Source: Gemmatimonadales bacterium
Lineage (GTDB): Bacteria; Gemmatimonadota; Gemmatimonadetes; Gemmatimonadales; GWC2-71-9
Length of the DNA stretch: 64,000 nucleotides
NCBI GenBank assembly: GCA_036003865.1
Contig: DASYRZ010000158.1
Span: 29,175-93,174, forward strand
Direction of reading: 5' to 3'
This document shows positions 10,536 to 19,098 of the stretch, in pieces. Positions within the stretch are counted from its first letter, which is position 1. Every line of letters begins with the position of its first letter. Position numbers and translations under genes: made by a program. A model generated the notes under the pieces. It saw only the letters and a program-made list of their open reading frames with translations, made no database searches and was not told the origin of the DNA.

Positions 10536-11674
10536 AATTCCTTCCGATCGTTCTCGCCAACCTTGGCCGGCACAAGATCCGCACGACGCTCACGATCCTG
10601 AGCGTCATTGCAGCGCTCTTCCTGTTTGCTTCGCTCCGATCGGTGCTGACGACGCTGCACCAAAACGCCCAGTTCGGCGGTGCGCACCGCCTCATCACCC
10701 TGAATGCGACGGGCCTCGTCTTCACGATGCCGGTCTCGTACGGGACCAAGATCCGGAGCGTGCCCGGCGTCCGCAGCGTCAGCTGGGCAAACTGGTTCGG
10801 CGGGAAGTACGGTGACAACAAGAGCTTCTTCGGCCAGTTTGGGATCGACCCCGAGTCCTATTTCGCCATGTATCCCGAACTCGTGATGCCGACGGATCAG
10901 AAAGAGGCGTTCCTCCGGGAACGCAGCGCGGCCGTCATCGGGGAACGGCTAGCGAACGACTTCGGCTGGAAAGTCGGTCAGGACGTGACGTTGCAGGGCA
11001 CGATCTTTCCCGGCGACTGGACGTTCACGGTTCGCGGTATCTACAAGCCGAGCGACCCGGCGATCGGCGATAACATGATGTTGTTTCATTGGCAGTATCT
11101 CGATGAGCGCGTCGGACGCTGGGGCCAGGCCGGCTGGTTCATCGTGGAGATTGACAGCACGGCGAACGCGGCGACCGTCGCGAAAGCGATTGACGACCAG
11201 TTCCGCAATTCGAGCACGGCCACCAAGACGTCGACCGAAAGGGCGTTTCAAGCGAGCTTCGCCGGAATGCTCGGAAATCTGAGCTTGCTCCTCGGGGTCA
11301 TCGGGACGGCAGTGGTATTCGCGATTCTCCTCGTCACGGCCAACGCCATGATGATGAGCGCGAATGAGCGCGCCGGAGAGATCGCGGTGCTGAAGACGAT
11401 CGGCTATTCGAATCGCACATTGTTCGGACTCGTCCTCGCCGAGGCCGGACTGATTGCGATCGTTGGGTCGGCCCTGGGTTTGGGGATGGCCAAGCTGCTG
11501 TATGCCAAAGCCAATTTCAACGGCGGAGGGTTTCTTCCGGGGTTCCACGTGACATCGGCGACCATCGCGTGGGGTGCGTTGCTCGCAATCGTGCTGATCC
11601 TCGGGAGCGGGTTAGTCCCGGCGTTGCGGGCCGCTGGCATGCCCATCGTCCAAGCGCTGCGGAAGGTCGAATGA
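10532..11674 (+). CDS. ABC transporter permease (MacB periplasmic domain + FtsX domain)
   Basis: 380 aa; one N-terminal TM segment, large periplasmic loop, three C-terminal TM segments; ATGA overlap with the ATPase gene. Confidence 0.85.
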   Translation: MKFLPIVLANLGRHKIRTTLTILSVIAALFLFASLRSVLTTLHQNAQFGGAHRLITLNATGLVFTMPVSYGTKIRSVPGVRSVSWANWFGGKYGDNKSFFGQFGIDPESYFAMYPELVMPTDQKEAFLRERSAAVIGERLANDFGWKVGQDVTLQGTIFPGDWTFTVRGIYKPSDPAIGDNMMLFHWQYLDERVGRWGQAGWFIVEIDSTANAATVAKAIDDQFRNSSTATKTSTERAFQASFAGMLGNLSLLLGVIGTAVVFAILLVTANAMMMSANERAGEIAVLKTIGYSNRTLFGLVLAEAGLIAIVGSALGLGMAKLLYAKANFNGGGFLPGFHVTSATIAWGALLAIVLILGSGLVPALRAAGMPIVQALRKVE

Positions 11675-12831
11675 TCCCGATCGTTTACAACGCCCGCAGC
11701 ATGCTGCAGCGGCCCGTGTCGACCACGTTCACCGCGGTGGGGATTGCACTGGTGGTGGCCGTGTTCATCGCGATGCTCGCCCTGGGGCAGGGCCTCCGCG
11801 CGGCGCTGGCGCGCACCGGGTCGGATCGCAATGTGGTCGTGGTGCGCAAGGGCGCCGATTCGGAGCTGACGAGCGGTCTGTCGCGTGAGACCGCCCGGAT
11901 CCTCGCGGCGTCGCCGCATGTCGCCACGGGCGCCGACGGCCGCCCCATGGTGAGTCCGGAAGTCTATGTGCTCATCCCGCTGCCCCGTCCGCGCGATACC
12001 GCATCGGTGGCCAACGTGGTCGTGCGGGGCGTCAGCGAACAAGCCTGGGCTGTCCGCAACAACCTGCAGGTGATTGCCGGCAACAAGCCGCAATCCGGCC
12101 GCGCCGAAGTCTGCGTGGGCCGCAAGCTGCTTGGCCGCTTCGAGCATCTCGAAATCGGCGCGACACTCCGGTTTGCGGGCCGCGACTGGAACGTGGTCTG
12201 TCATTTTTCGGCCGGTGGCTCCGCCTTCGAGTCCGAGATTTGGGCCGAAAACGAACAGGTCATGCCGGTGTTCCGCGGCGACTTTTTCCAGTCCGTGACA
12301 TTCCGGCTCAAGGACCCGGCAGCGTTCGCCGAGGCGAAGCGCGCGATCGAAAGCGATCCACAGACTGTCGTCGATGTGCACCGGGAATCGACGTTCTACG
12401 CGGCGCAAACCGGCGTGGCGGGGCAATTGCTGCGCGTGCTCGCCATTGCTGTCACGGCCATCATGTCGATCGGCGCGATCTTCGGGGCCGTGAACACCAT
12501 GTACGCCGCCGTCGGGTCGCGGACGCCGGAGATCGCCGTGCTGCTCACGCTCGGCTTTCGCCCGTGGCAGGTGCTGTTCAGCTTTCTGGCCGAGGCGGTG
12601 CTCATCGCCGGCCTCGGCGCGATCCTGGGCGCCCTGCTCGCACTCCCCGTGAACGGCGTCGTCACCAGCACGACCAACTGGACGAGCTTCAGCGAAATCG
12701 CGTTCAGCTTCCGCATCACGCCCCTGTTGCTCGGGATCGGGATCGCGTTCGGCGTGGTGATGGGCTTCATCGGCGGCTTCTTCCCCGCGTGGCGGGCGGC
12801 CCGGCTGCGCGTCGTGCAAGCCCTGCGGTAG
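11671..12831 (+). CDS. ABC transporter permease (FtsX-like), second copy
   Basis: Start at ATG 11671 (MIPIVYNARSML) overlapping the previous stop; same architecture as the first permease. Confidence 0.85.
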   Translation: MIPIVYNARSMLQRPVSTTFTAVGIALVVAVFIAMLALGQGLRAALARTGSDRNVVVVRKGADSELTSGLSRETARILAASPHVATGADGRPMVSPEVYVLIPLPRPRDTASVANVVVRGVSEQAWAVRNNLQVIAGNKPQSGRAEVCVGRKLLGRFEHLEIGATLRFAGRDWNVVCHFSAGGSAFESEIWAENEQVMPVFRGDFFQSVTFRLKDPAAFAEAKRAIESDPQTVVDVHRESTFYAAQTGVAGQLLRVLAIAVTAIMSIGAIFGAVNTMYAAVGSRTPEIAVLLTLGFRPWQVLFSFLAEAVLIAGLGAILGALLALPVNGVVTSTTNWTSFSEIAFSFRITPLLLGIGIAFGVVMGFIGGFFPAWRAARLRVVQALR

Positions 12832-12838
12832 CCCGCGC

Positions 12839-14005
12839 ATGAACGTCACCGCGCTCGCCGCGCACACGCCGGAAGCGGTGCGCGCGGCGCTCGCTGCGCG
12901 GGGATGGGAAGCACAGCCGGCGTGGTTCGCCGCTACCGGCATTCACCCGCTCGTCGTGCTCTTCGAAGAGATCACCGAGGCCGAGCGCGAAGCGCTCGTG
13001 CACTGGGGCACGAAGTCGGGCGCCGATGTGCTGACCGGCGACGGCTGGGCCCTGGTCGCCGGCGCGGCTAGCCGCCTCGCGCCGTTGGCGCGCTACGACC
13101 GCGCGCCCGCCGAGCTCGCGCGCCTCGCCCCGGCGCTGGGCCGGCTCCTCGCCGCGCGGGCCGAGCCACCGCGCTCGTGGGCGATTCGGGGCGCCGAGCT
13201 GTCGCTCGAGAAGCCCGTGATTATTGGCATTATCAACGTCACGCCGGATTCGTTTTCCGATGGTGGCCATCTGCCATCTGTAGAGGCAGCCATCGCGCAC
13301 GCCGAACAGTTGATTGCTGACGGCAGTCGGCTCATCGACGTCGGCGGCGAGTCGACGCGTCCCGGCGCCCAACCGGTGCCGGCAGATGAGGAGATCGCTC
13401 GCGTGGTGCCGGTGATCGCCGGGTTGATCAAGCGGGGCTTCGGCGCGGTATCGGTCGATACCCGGAAGGCCGACGTCGCGCGGGCCGCGCTCGACGCCGG
13501 TGCCGCCGTGGTGAACGACGTCTCCGCACTGCAGTACGACCCCGGTCTCGCCGCGGTCGTGGCGCACGCGGAGGCCGGCATCATCCTCATGCACATGCGG
13601 GGAACCCCGGCCACGATGGACGACCTGGCGAAATACGACCACGTGGCGAGCGAGGTTGCTGCGGAACTGGCGGCAGGGGCGGCAAGGGCGGAACAGGGCG
13701 GCATCGCGGGGGAACGGATCGCACTCGATCCGGGGTTCGGTTTTGCGAAGACCGCGACCCACAACTTCCGGCTGCTCGACGAACTGGCAACGATCGTCGC
13801 GCTGGGCTATCCTGTAGCGGTCGGCCTGTCGCGCAAACGGTTTCTCGGCGCGGCGACCGGCCGGCCCGTGGAAGACCGCGATCGCGCGACGGCGGTCGCC
13901 TGCGCCCTCGCCTGGGAGCGAGGGGCCCGGCTGTTCCGGGTGCACAACGTCCCGTTGACACGCGAAGCCCTGGCCATCGCGAGCGCTACGACGAACCCAA
14001 CGTGA
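12839..14005 (+). CDS. folP: dihydropteroate synthase with an N-terminal extension of about 115 aa
   Basis: Motifs INVTPDSFSDGG and DVGGESTRPG. The DHPS core starts near aa 120. Confidence 0.9.
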   Translation: MNVTALAAHTPEAVRAALAARGWEAQPAWFAATGIHPLVVLFEEITEAEREALVHWGTKSGADVLTGDGWALVAGAASRLAPLARYDRAPAELARLAPALGRLLAARAEPPRSWAIRGAELSLEKPVIIGIINVTPDSFSDGGHLPSVEAAIAHAEQLIADGSRLIDVGGESTRPGAQPVPADEEIARVVPVIAGLIKRGFGAVSVDTRKADVARAALDAGAAVVNDVSALQYDPGLAAVVAHAEAGIILMHMRGTPATMDDLAKYDHVASEVAAELAAGAARAEQGGIAGERIALDPGFGFAKTATHNFRLLDELATIVALGYPVAVGLSRKRFLGAATGRPVEDRDRATAVACALAWERGARLFRVHNVPLTREALAIASATTNPT

Positions 14006-14802
14006 ACGTAGACGCCTTCAAGTTCCTGTCCCCCAAACTGTGGCCGGATCTCTTCGAGATCCTGCTCGTGTCGTTCGTCATCTACCGCTTCCTGCTCTTT
14101 CTGGTGGGGACTCGGGCGCTGCAGATCGTCATCGGGATCGTGATCCTGTCGCTCACGTACTTCACGGCGGTGTTTGCCAAGTTCACGATGATTTCCGAGC
14201 TCCTGGGCGTCGTGTTCACCTACGGCGCGTTCGCGCTCATCGTCGTGTTCCACCCCGAGCTCCGCAACGCGCTGGCGCGGCTCGGCCAGTCGCGCTACAT
14301 GCGAGTGTTCTCGCGGGGCGACCGGCAATCGGTGGCGGAAGAGATCGCGGAGGCGCTCGATCGCCTGTCGCGCGCCGGCACCGGCGCGATCATCGCCGTC
14401 GAGGGAGATATCGGGCTCGAGGAATTCATCACGACGGGTGTGCCGATGGAAGCCAAAGTCTCGGCCGACCTCGTGACCACGATCTTCACACCCTATTCAC
14501 CCCTGCACGACGGCGCCGTCCTGATTCGCGGAGACCAGATCATCGGGGCGGGCTGCGTGTTGCCGCTCACGCAGTTCAAGGTGGCCGACAAGTCGCTCGG
14601 CACACGGCACCGCGCGGCGCTGGGCTTGTCGGAAGAAACCGATGCGACTGTCCTCGTGGTGTCGGAGGAGACGTCCACCATCTCGGTCGCGAGCCACGGG
14701 CTCCTGTACCGTCACCTCACCCCGCCGCAGGTGCGCGACCTGCTCTCTGGTGCCGTCTCTCACCTCGAGGGCGGCGAGCGCGTGACTCAGCCTGCCACCT
14801 AA
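14002..14802 (+). CDS. cdaA: diadenylate cyclase (c-di-AMP synthase), membrane-anchored
   Basis: Three N-terminal TM segments. DAC-domain motifs PLHDGAVLI and GTRHRAALGLSEETDA. Confidence 0.9.
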   Translation: MNVDAFKFLSPKLWPDLFEILLVSFVIYRFLLFLVGTRALQIVIGIVILSLTYFTAVFAKFTMISELLGVVFTYGAFALIVVFHPELRNALARLGQSRYMRVFSRGDRQSVAEEIAEALDRLSRAGTGAIIAVEGDIGLEEFITTGVPMEAKVSADLVTTIFTPYSPLHDGAVLIRGDQIIGAGCVLPLTQFKVADKSLGTRHRAALGLSEETDATVLVVSEETSTISVASHGLLYRHLTPPQVRDLLSGAVSHLEGGERVTQPAT

Positions 14803-14854
14803 ACCGCCCTACCGGGAGGCGGCCGCTGTCGCACTCCTGGTCCTCATCGGATAT

Positions 14855-17095
14855 GTGATCACGCTCGCCCCCACAGTCACCCTGTGGGATGCGGGCGAAT
14901 TCATCACCGCCGCCAAGGTGCTGGGCGTTCCGCATCCGCCCGGCACGCCACTCTTTGTCTTGCTCGGCCACGTCTGGGCCGGCATCCTGGCGCTCGGCGG
15001 GTACGCCTGGCGGCTCAACTTGATGAGCGCCTGCTTCTCCGCGGCGGGCGCGGGTTGCCTGTTTCTCGCCGCGCACCGACTCCTGGTGGGTGAGGTCCCG
15101 TGGCTCCGCATCGGGGGCGCCGCCGCGGCGGCGATCCTGTCGGCATTCACGTTCACGGGCTGGCAAAACAGCAACGAGACGGAAGTCTACACCGTGGCGA
15201 CGTTCAGCATCGCCGCGGTCTGCTGGTTGTGTCTGCGCTGGCGCGACGTCCGCGGGACGGCGCGTGCCTCTCACACCCTGCTGCTCATCGTCTACATCGC
15301 CGCCCTCTCGATCGGCAACCACCTGCTCGCCCTGCTCGTCGGCCCGGCCGTCTCGCTGTTCATGGCGCACACGCTGCGTACTCTCCCCGCCCCCGATCCC
15401 GCCGAGCGACGCATGGAATGGGCGGAATGGGCCGCGCTCAGCGCGCTCTGGGTAGTGCTCGTGGGCGTGGGGCTCGGCAGCACGACGCTGCTGGTCGTCG
15501 GTGGCGTGTTGTTCCTCGTCGCGGCGGGCGCGTGCATCCTGAGCGGGTCGCACGCCTTTCCGTTCGTGGCCGTCGCGATCGCCGCCGTGGGGATTTCGAT
15601 CTACGCGTATCTCTACATTCGCTCCGGCCTGCAGCCGTTGCTCGACGAAGCGAACCCTGAAACGTGGAAGAACCTGTTAGCCGTCATTCGGCGCGAGCAG
15701 TTCGGCAGCCGCGGCATTTTTGACAATCCGATGGTGCCGGGTAGTCCCCGCTCGCTGACCGTCTTCGGGCAGCAGCTCGCCAATTATCTCGTGTACTGCT
15801 CGTGGCAGTGGGCCCGCTCTCTGCCGCTGGTCAGCATGCTGGCCGTCACAGGCGTCTACGTGACCCTCGGCGTCTTCGGCTTCGCCTTCGCGTACCGGCG
15901 TGATGCCGGCATTGCCTATCTCCTCGGCGCGTTGTGGCTGGTGACAGGGCTCGGGCTCGTCGTGTACATGAATTTCAGGGCGGGCAATTCGATGTTGTGG
16001 GACGTCTACCGGTCGATCGACCAGCACGAGGTTCGGGAGCGGGACTACTTCTTCGTCGTCAGCTTTCAGGTCTGGGGCGTCTTTGCGGGACTTGGCCTGG
16101 CGGCCCTCGTGGGCAGGTTGTCGCGCGTCGAGCGGTCGGCGCGGCTGGGGATCGGCGCGGCCGCGCTGATCACGGTGCTGCCGTTCGCGGCCAACTTCAA
16201 AGCGGCGTCGCGCCGCCATGGCGCGGATGTGACGGCAGCACGCGACTTCGCCTACAACCTGCTGCAGTCGGTCGAGCCCTACGGCGTGCTGTTTGGGTTC
16301 GGCGACAATGACACGTTCCCCGTGTGGTATCTGCAGGAAGTCGAGGGTGTGCGACAAGACGTCACGCAAATCAACCTTTCCCTCGCCAACCTCGACTGGT
16401 ATCTGCACCAGCTCGCGACCCGACCGATCCGGCCATTCGATCCGGCGGGTGCGCCGGCTTCGTATCGAGCGCTGGCTGCGGCCCCCCCCCAGCCGGCCGG
16501 CCCGGCGTTGCGTCTGACGGACGAAGAGATCGCGGGGATGATGCAGCCGTTGCCGGTGCGCACCGACGGCGTCGTCCGCGCGAACGCGTTTGAGCTGCGG
16601 GTCCGAAAGGGACAGGTGTTCATCACCGCCGACCTGGTGATTCTGTACACGATCGCTGCCTATCTTCCCTCGCGATCGGTGACATTCGCCGTGGGGTCGG
16701 GCCGCGGCTCCTGGTTGGGACTCGATCCGCAGCTCGCGTTCCAGGGACTCGTCTACAAGGTCGTGCCGCGCGCCGACACGGTACGCCGGTTCGTGCCCGG
16801 TCTGCAGGGAACCATGGTGGATTCGGCGCGCACGCGATTCCTCGTGGATTCGGTGTTTCGCTGGGGCAGGTTCTTCCAGCCGGATTCGCTCGAGGTCGAG
16901 CCCGCCGCGGAGCAGGTGGCCGCATCGTTCTCGGTGCCGTTCCTGGAGCTCGGGAACGCCGCGGCCCTCCGCGGCGACCAGCGGCAGGCCCTCGCCTACT
17001 TCGGGCGGGCCTACCATCTCAATCCCAACAAGGCGCTCGCCGACTTGATCCGTCGCATCGAAACCGAGGGCCTGCAAGCTCTGTTTCGGCGCTAA
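14855..17095 (+). CDS. DUF2723 (GT-C / TMEM260-like) polytopic membrane glycosyltransferase-like protein with a TPR-like C-terminus
   Basis: Signature LAPTVTLWDAGEFITAAKVLGVPHPPGTPLF. The 5' end is uncertain: the frame is open from 14786, but only CTG codons lie upstream of GTG 14855. Confidence 0.75.
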   Translation: MITLAPTVTLWDAGEFITAAKVLGVPHPPGTPLFVLLGHVWAGILALGGYAWRLNLMSACFSAAGAGCLFLAAHRLLVGEVPWLRIGGAAAAAILSAFTFTGWQNSNETEVYTVATFSIAAVCWLCLRWRDVRGTARASHTLLLIVYIAALSIGNHLLALLVGPAVSLFMAHTLRTLPAPDPAERRMEWAEWAALSALWVVLVGVGLGSTTLLVVGGVLFLVAAGACILSGSHAFPFVAVAIAAVGISIYAYLYIRSGLQPLLDEANPETWKNLLAVIRREQFGSRGIFDNPMVPGSPRSLTVFGQQLANYLVYCSWQWARSLPLVSMLAVTGVYVTLGVFGFAFAYRRDAGIAYLLGALWLVTGLGLVVYMNFRAGNSMLWDVYRSIDQHEVRERDYFFVVSFQVWGVFAGLGLAALVGRLSRVERSARLGIGAAALITVLPFAANFKAASRRHGADVTAARDFAYNLLQSVEPYGVLFGFGDNDTFPVWYLQEVEGVRQDVTQINLSLANLDWYLHQLATRPIRPFDPAGAPASYRALAAAPPQPAGPALRLTDEEIAGMMQPLPVRTDGVVRANAFELRVRKGQVFITADLVILYTIAAYLPSRSVTFAVGSGRGSWLGLDPQLAFQGLVYKVVPRADTVRRFVPGLQGTMVDSARTRFLVDSVFRWGRFFQPDSLEVEPAAEQVAASFSVPFLELGNAAALRGDQRQALAYFGRAYHLNPNKALADLIRRIETEGLQALFRR

Positions 17096-17106
17096 ATCGT
17101 GGCCAC

Positions 17107-17136
17107 TTAGACCCTTAGCGCCCGAGCGTCTATATT
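17107..17136 (+). promoter_or_regulatory. candidate promoter (TTAGAC - 18 nt - TATATT), possibly giving a leaderless yggS mRNA
   Basis: TATATT ends 8 nt before ATG 17145, and no SD is visible. This is a weak call made by eye. Confidence 0.25.
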
Positions 17137-17144
17137 CACAGGCT

Positions 17145-17819
17145 ATGAGTTTCGCGGCCCTCCCGGAGCGTTTGGCGCAGGTGAGGGCCGAGATTGCGCG
17201 ACGGGCCGCGCACTCCGTCACGATCGTCGCAGTCACGAAGGGATTCGGCACCGACGCGATCCGCGCGGCACGCGACGCCGGGATCGCCGACATCGGTGAG
17301 AACCGCGTTCAGGAGGCGGTCCAGAAGCAGGACGAATTACGCGAGCTCGGCGGTGTCCGCTGGCACCTGATCGGGCATCTGCAACGCAACAAGGCTCGCG
17401 CGGTCGCCGGACGTTTCGAGCTGATCCATTCGCTCGACTCGCTCGCATTGGCGCAGGAGCTGGACCGGCGGCTGACGGCGCCGCAGCGCGTGCTCTTGCA
17501 GGTGAATGTCGCGGGCGAGGAACAGAAGAGCGGCTGCGCGTCCGCCGACGCGCCCGGGTTGGTGCGGCAGATCACCGCGTTGCCGCAGCTGCGGTTGGAA
17601 GGGTTGATGACGTTGGCCCCGTTCACGGATGACGAAGACGTGCAGCGCCGGACCTTCCGGGGACTGCGCCTCTTGCGCGATAGGATCAAGGAGGAGGAAG
17701 GGGTATGGCTACCGACCCTCTCGATGGGGATGTCCGCCGATTACGCTTCAGCAGTCCAAGAGGGAGCAACGGTGATCCGCTTGGGTACCGCACTGTTCGG
17801 CCCGAGGGAGAACCCATGA
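17145..17819 (+). CDS. yggS: YggS/YlmE family pyridoxal-phosphate homeostasis protein
   Basis: AVTKGFG PLP-lysine motif; 224 aa; alanine-racemase N-terminal-like fold family. Confidence 0.9.
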   Translation: MSFAALPERLAQVRAEIARRAAHSVTIVAVTKGFGTDAIRAARDAGIADIGENRVQEAVQKQDELRELGGVRWHLIGHLQRNKARAVAGRFELIHSLDSLALAQELDRRLTAPQRVLLQVNVAGEEQKSGCASADAPGLVRQITALPQLRLEGLMTLAPFTDDEDVQRRTFRGLRLLRDRIKEEEGVWLPTLSMGMSADYASAVQEGATVIRLGTALFGPRENP

Positions 17820-18283
17820 ACGACGACGCCTTCACGCTGACGCCGCTCGATATCCGCAAGCAGGAATTCCGCAAGAGCCTGCGCGGCTACGACACGCTGG
17901 GCGTGGACGATTTCCGGATCCGTGTCGCGGATGCGCTGGAGCGCGCGATTCGCGAGCGCCAGGTGCTCGAGGAGCGCCTCGCCGCGCTGACCGAGCAGCT
18001 GCGCGTCTTTCGCGAGCGCGAAAAAGCGATGAACGAAGCGCTGGTCGCGGCGCAGCAGCTGCGCCAAGACACTCGCGCGGCGGCGGAGCGGGAAGGGCAG
18101 GTCATCCTGCGCGAGGCCGAGGCCGCGGCGAAGCGGGTGCTCGACGAAGCGAAGCAGGCCGAGCGTGCCGTGCGGGCGCGCATGGCCGAAACCGAGCGCC
18201 AGTTCCAGCAATACGTCGGCGGCTTCCGCGCCCTGCTCGAACGCCATCTCGCCGAGCTGCGCGCTCTCGACGGCCAGAAGTGA
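17816..18283 (+). CDS. DivIVA domain protein
   Basis: Start at ATG 17816 (ATGA overlap). N-terminus LTPLDIRKQEFRKSLRGYDTLGVDDF is the DivIVA lipid-binding domain signature, followed by a coiled coil. Confidence 0.8.
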   Translation: MNDDAFTLTPLDIRKQEFRKSLRGYDTLGVDDFRIRVADALERAIRERQVLEERLAALTEQLRVFREREKAMNEALVAAQQLRQDTRAAAEREGQVILREAEAAAKRVLDEAKQAERAVRARMAETERQFQQYVGGFRALLERHLAELRALDGQK

Positions 18284-19098
18284 CGGGAGTCTCCGTTGCC
18301 GAGGCGGTCCGCGTCGTACAGTCGCGGACCGCGATCGTTCCAGAGGTCGCCGTGATCCTGGGGACGGGCCTCGGCGCGCTCGCCGACGAGATGAAGGCGG
18401 ACGCGACGCTCCCGTATCCCGAGATCCCCGGGTTTCCGACGCCGACCGTCGAAACGCACGCGGGGCGCCTGCTGTTCGGGACGATCGCTAAGCGCCGCGT
18501 CGCGATCATGCAGGGCCGCTTCCATCGCTACGAAGGCTACACGCTGCAGCAGGTGGCGTTTCCAGTGCGCGTGCTGCGCGCGTTGGGCGCCAAGACGCTG
18601 ATCGTCTCCAACGTCTCGGGTGGAATGCATCCCCTCTGGTCCACCGGCGATCTGGTGCTCCTCGCCGATCACATCAATCTCCTCGGCGATAATCCGCTGG
18701 CGGGACCGAATGTCGACGCGGAGGGCCCGCGCTTTCCGGATATGTCGGCGGCGTACGACCCCGCGCTGCGCAAACTCGCGCGCGCCGTCGCGATCGAGCA
18801 CCAGATCGTGTTGCGCGAAGGCGTGTATGTCGCGGTGCCGGGCCCGAACCTCGAGACGCGCGCCGAGTACCGCATGCTGCGGGCAATGGGCGCCGACCTC
18901 GTCGGCATGAGCACGGTGCCCGAAGTGATCACGGCGGTCCATCAGGGCATGCGCGTCCTGGGGCTCTCGATCATCACCGACAACTGTCTACCCGACGCGC
19001 TCGAGCCGACGTCGGTGGAGCAGATCATCGCCGTCGCGCGCGGGGCCGAGCCGAAGCTCGCGACCGTCGTGCGCGGCGTGCTGGAGCGTTTGTCCTGA
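18280..19098 (+). CDS. punA: purine nucleoside phosphorylase (trimeric PNP/PunA type)
   Basis: GRLLFGTIAKRRVAIMQGRFHRYEGY and GMSTVPEV motifs. Confidence 0.88.
   Translation: MTGVSVAEAVRVVQSRTAIVPEVAVILGTGLGALADEMKADATLPYPEIPGFPTPTVETHAGRLLFGTIAKRRVAIMQGRFHRYEGYTLQQVAFPVRVLRALGAKTLIVSNVSGGMHPLWSTGDLVLLADHINLLGDNPLAGPNVDAEGPRFPDMSAAYDPALRKLARAVAIEHQIVLREGVYVAVPGPNLETRAEYRMLRAMGADLVGMSTVPEVITAVHQGMRVLGLSIITDNCLPDALEPTSVEQIIAVARGAEPKLATVVRGVLERLS

Noticed and set aside
14040-14858. 272 aa alternative-frame ORF over cdaA
   Set aside because: The cdaA frame carries the DAC motifs, while the alternative frame is Arg/Gly-rich shadow.
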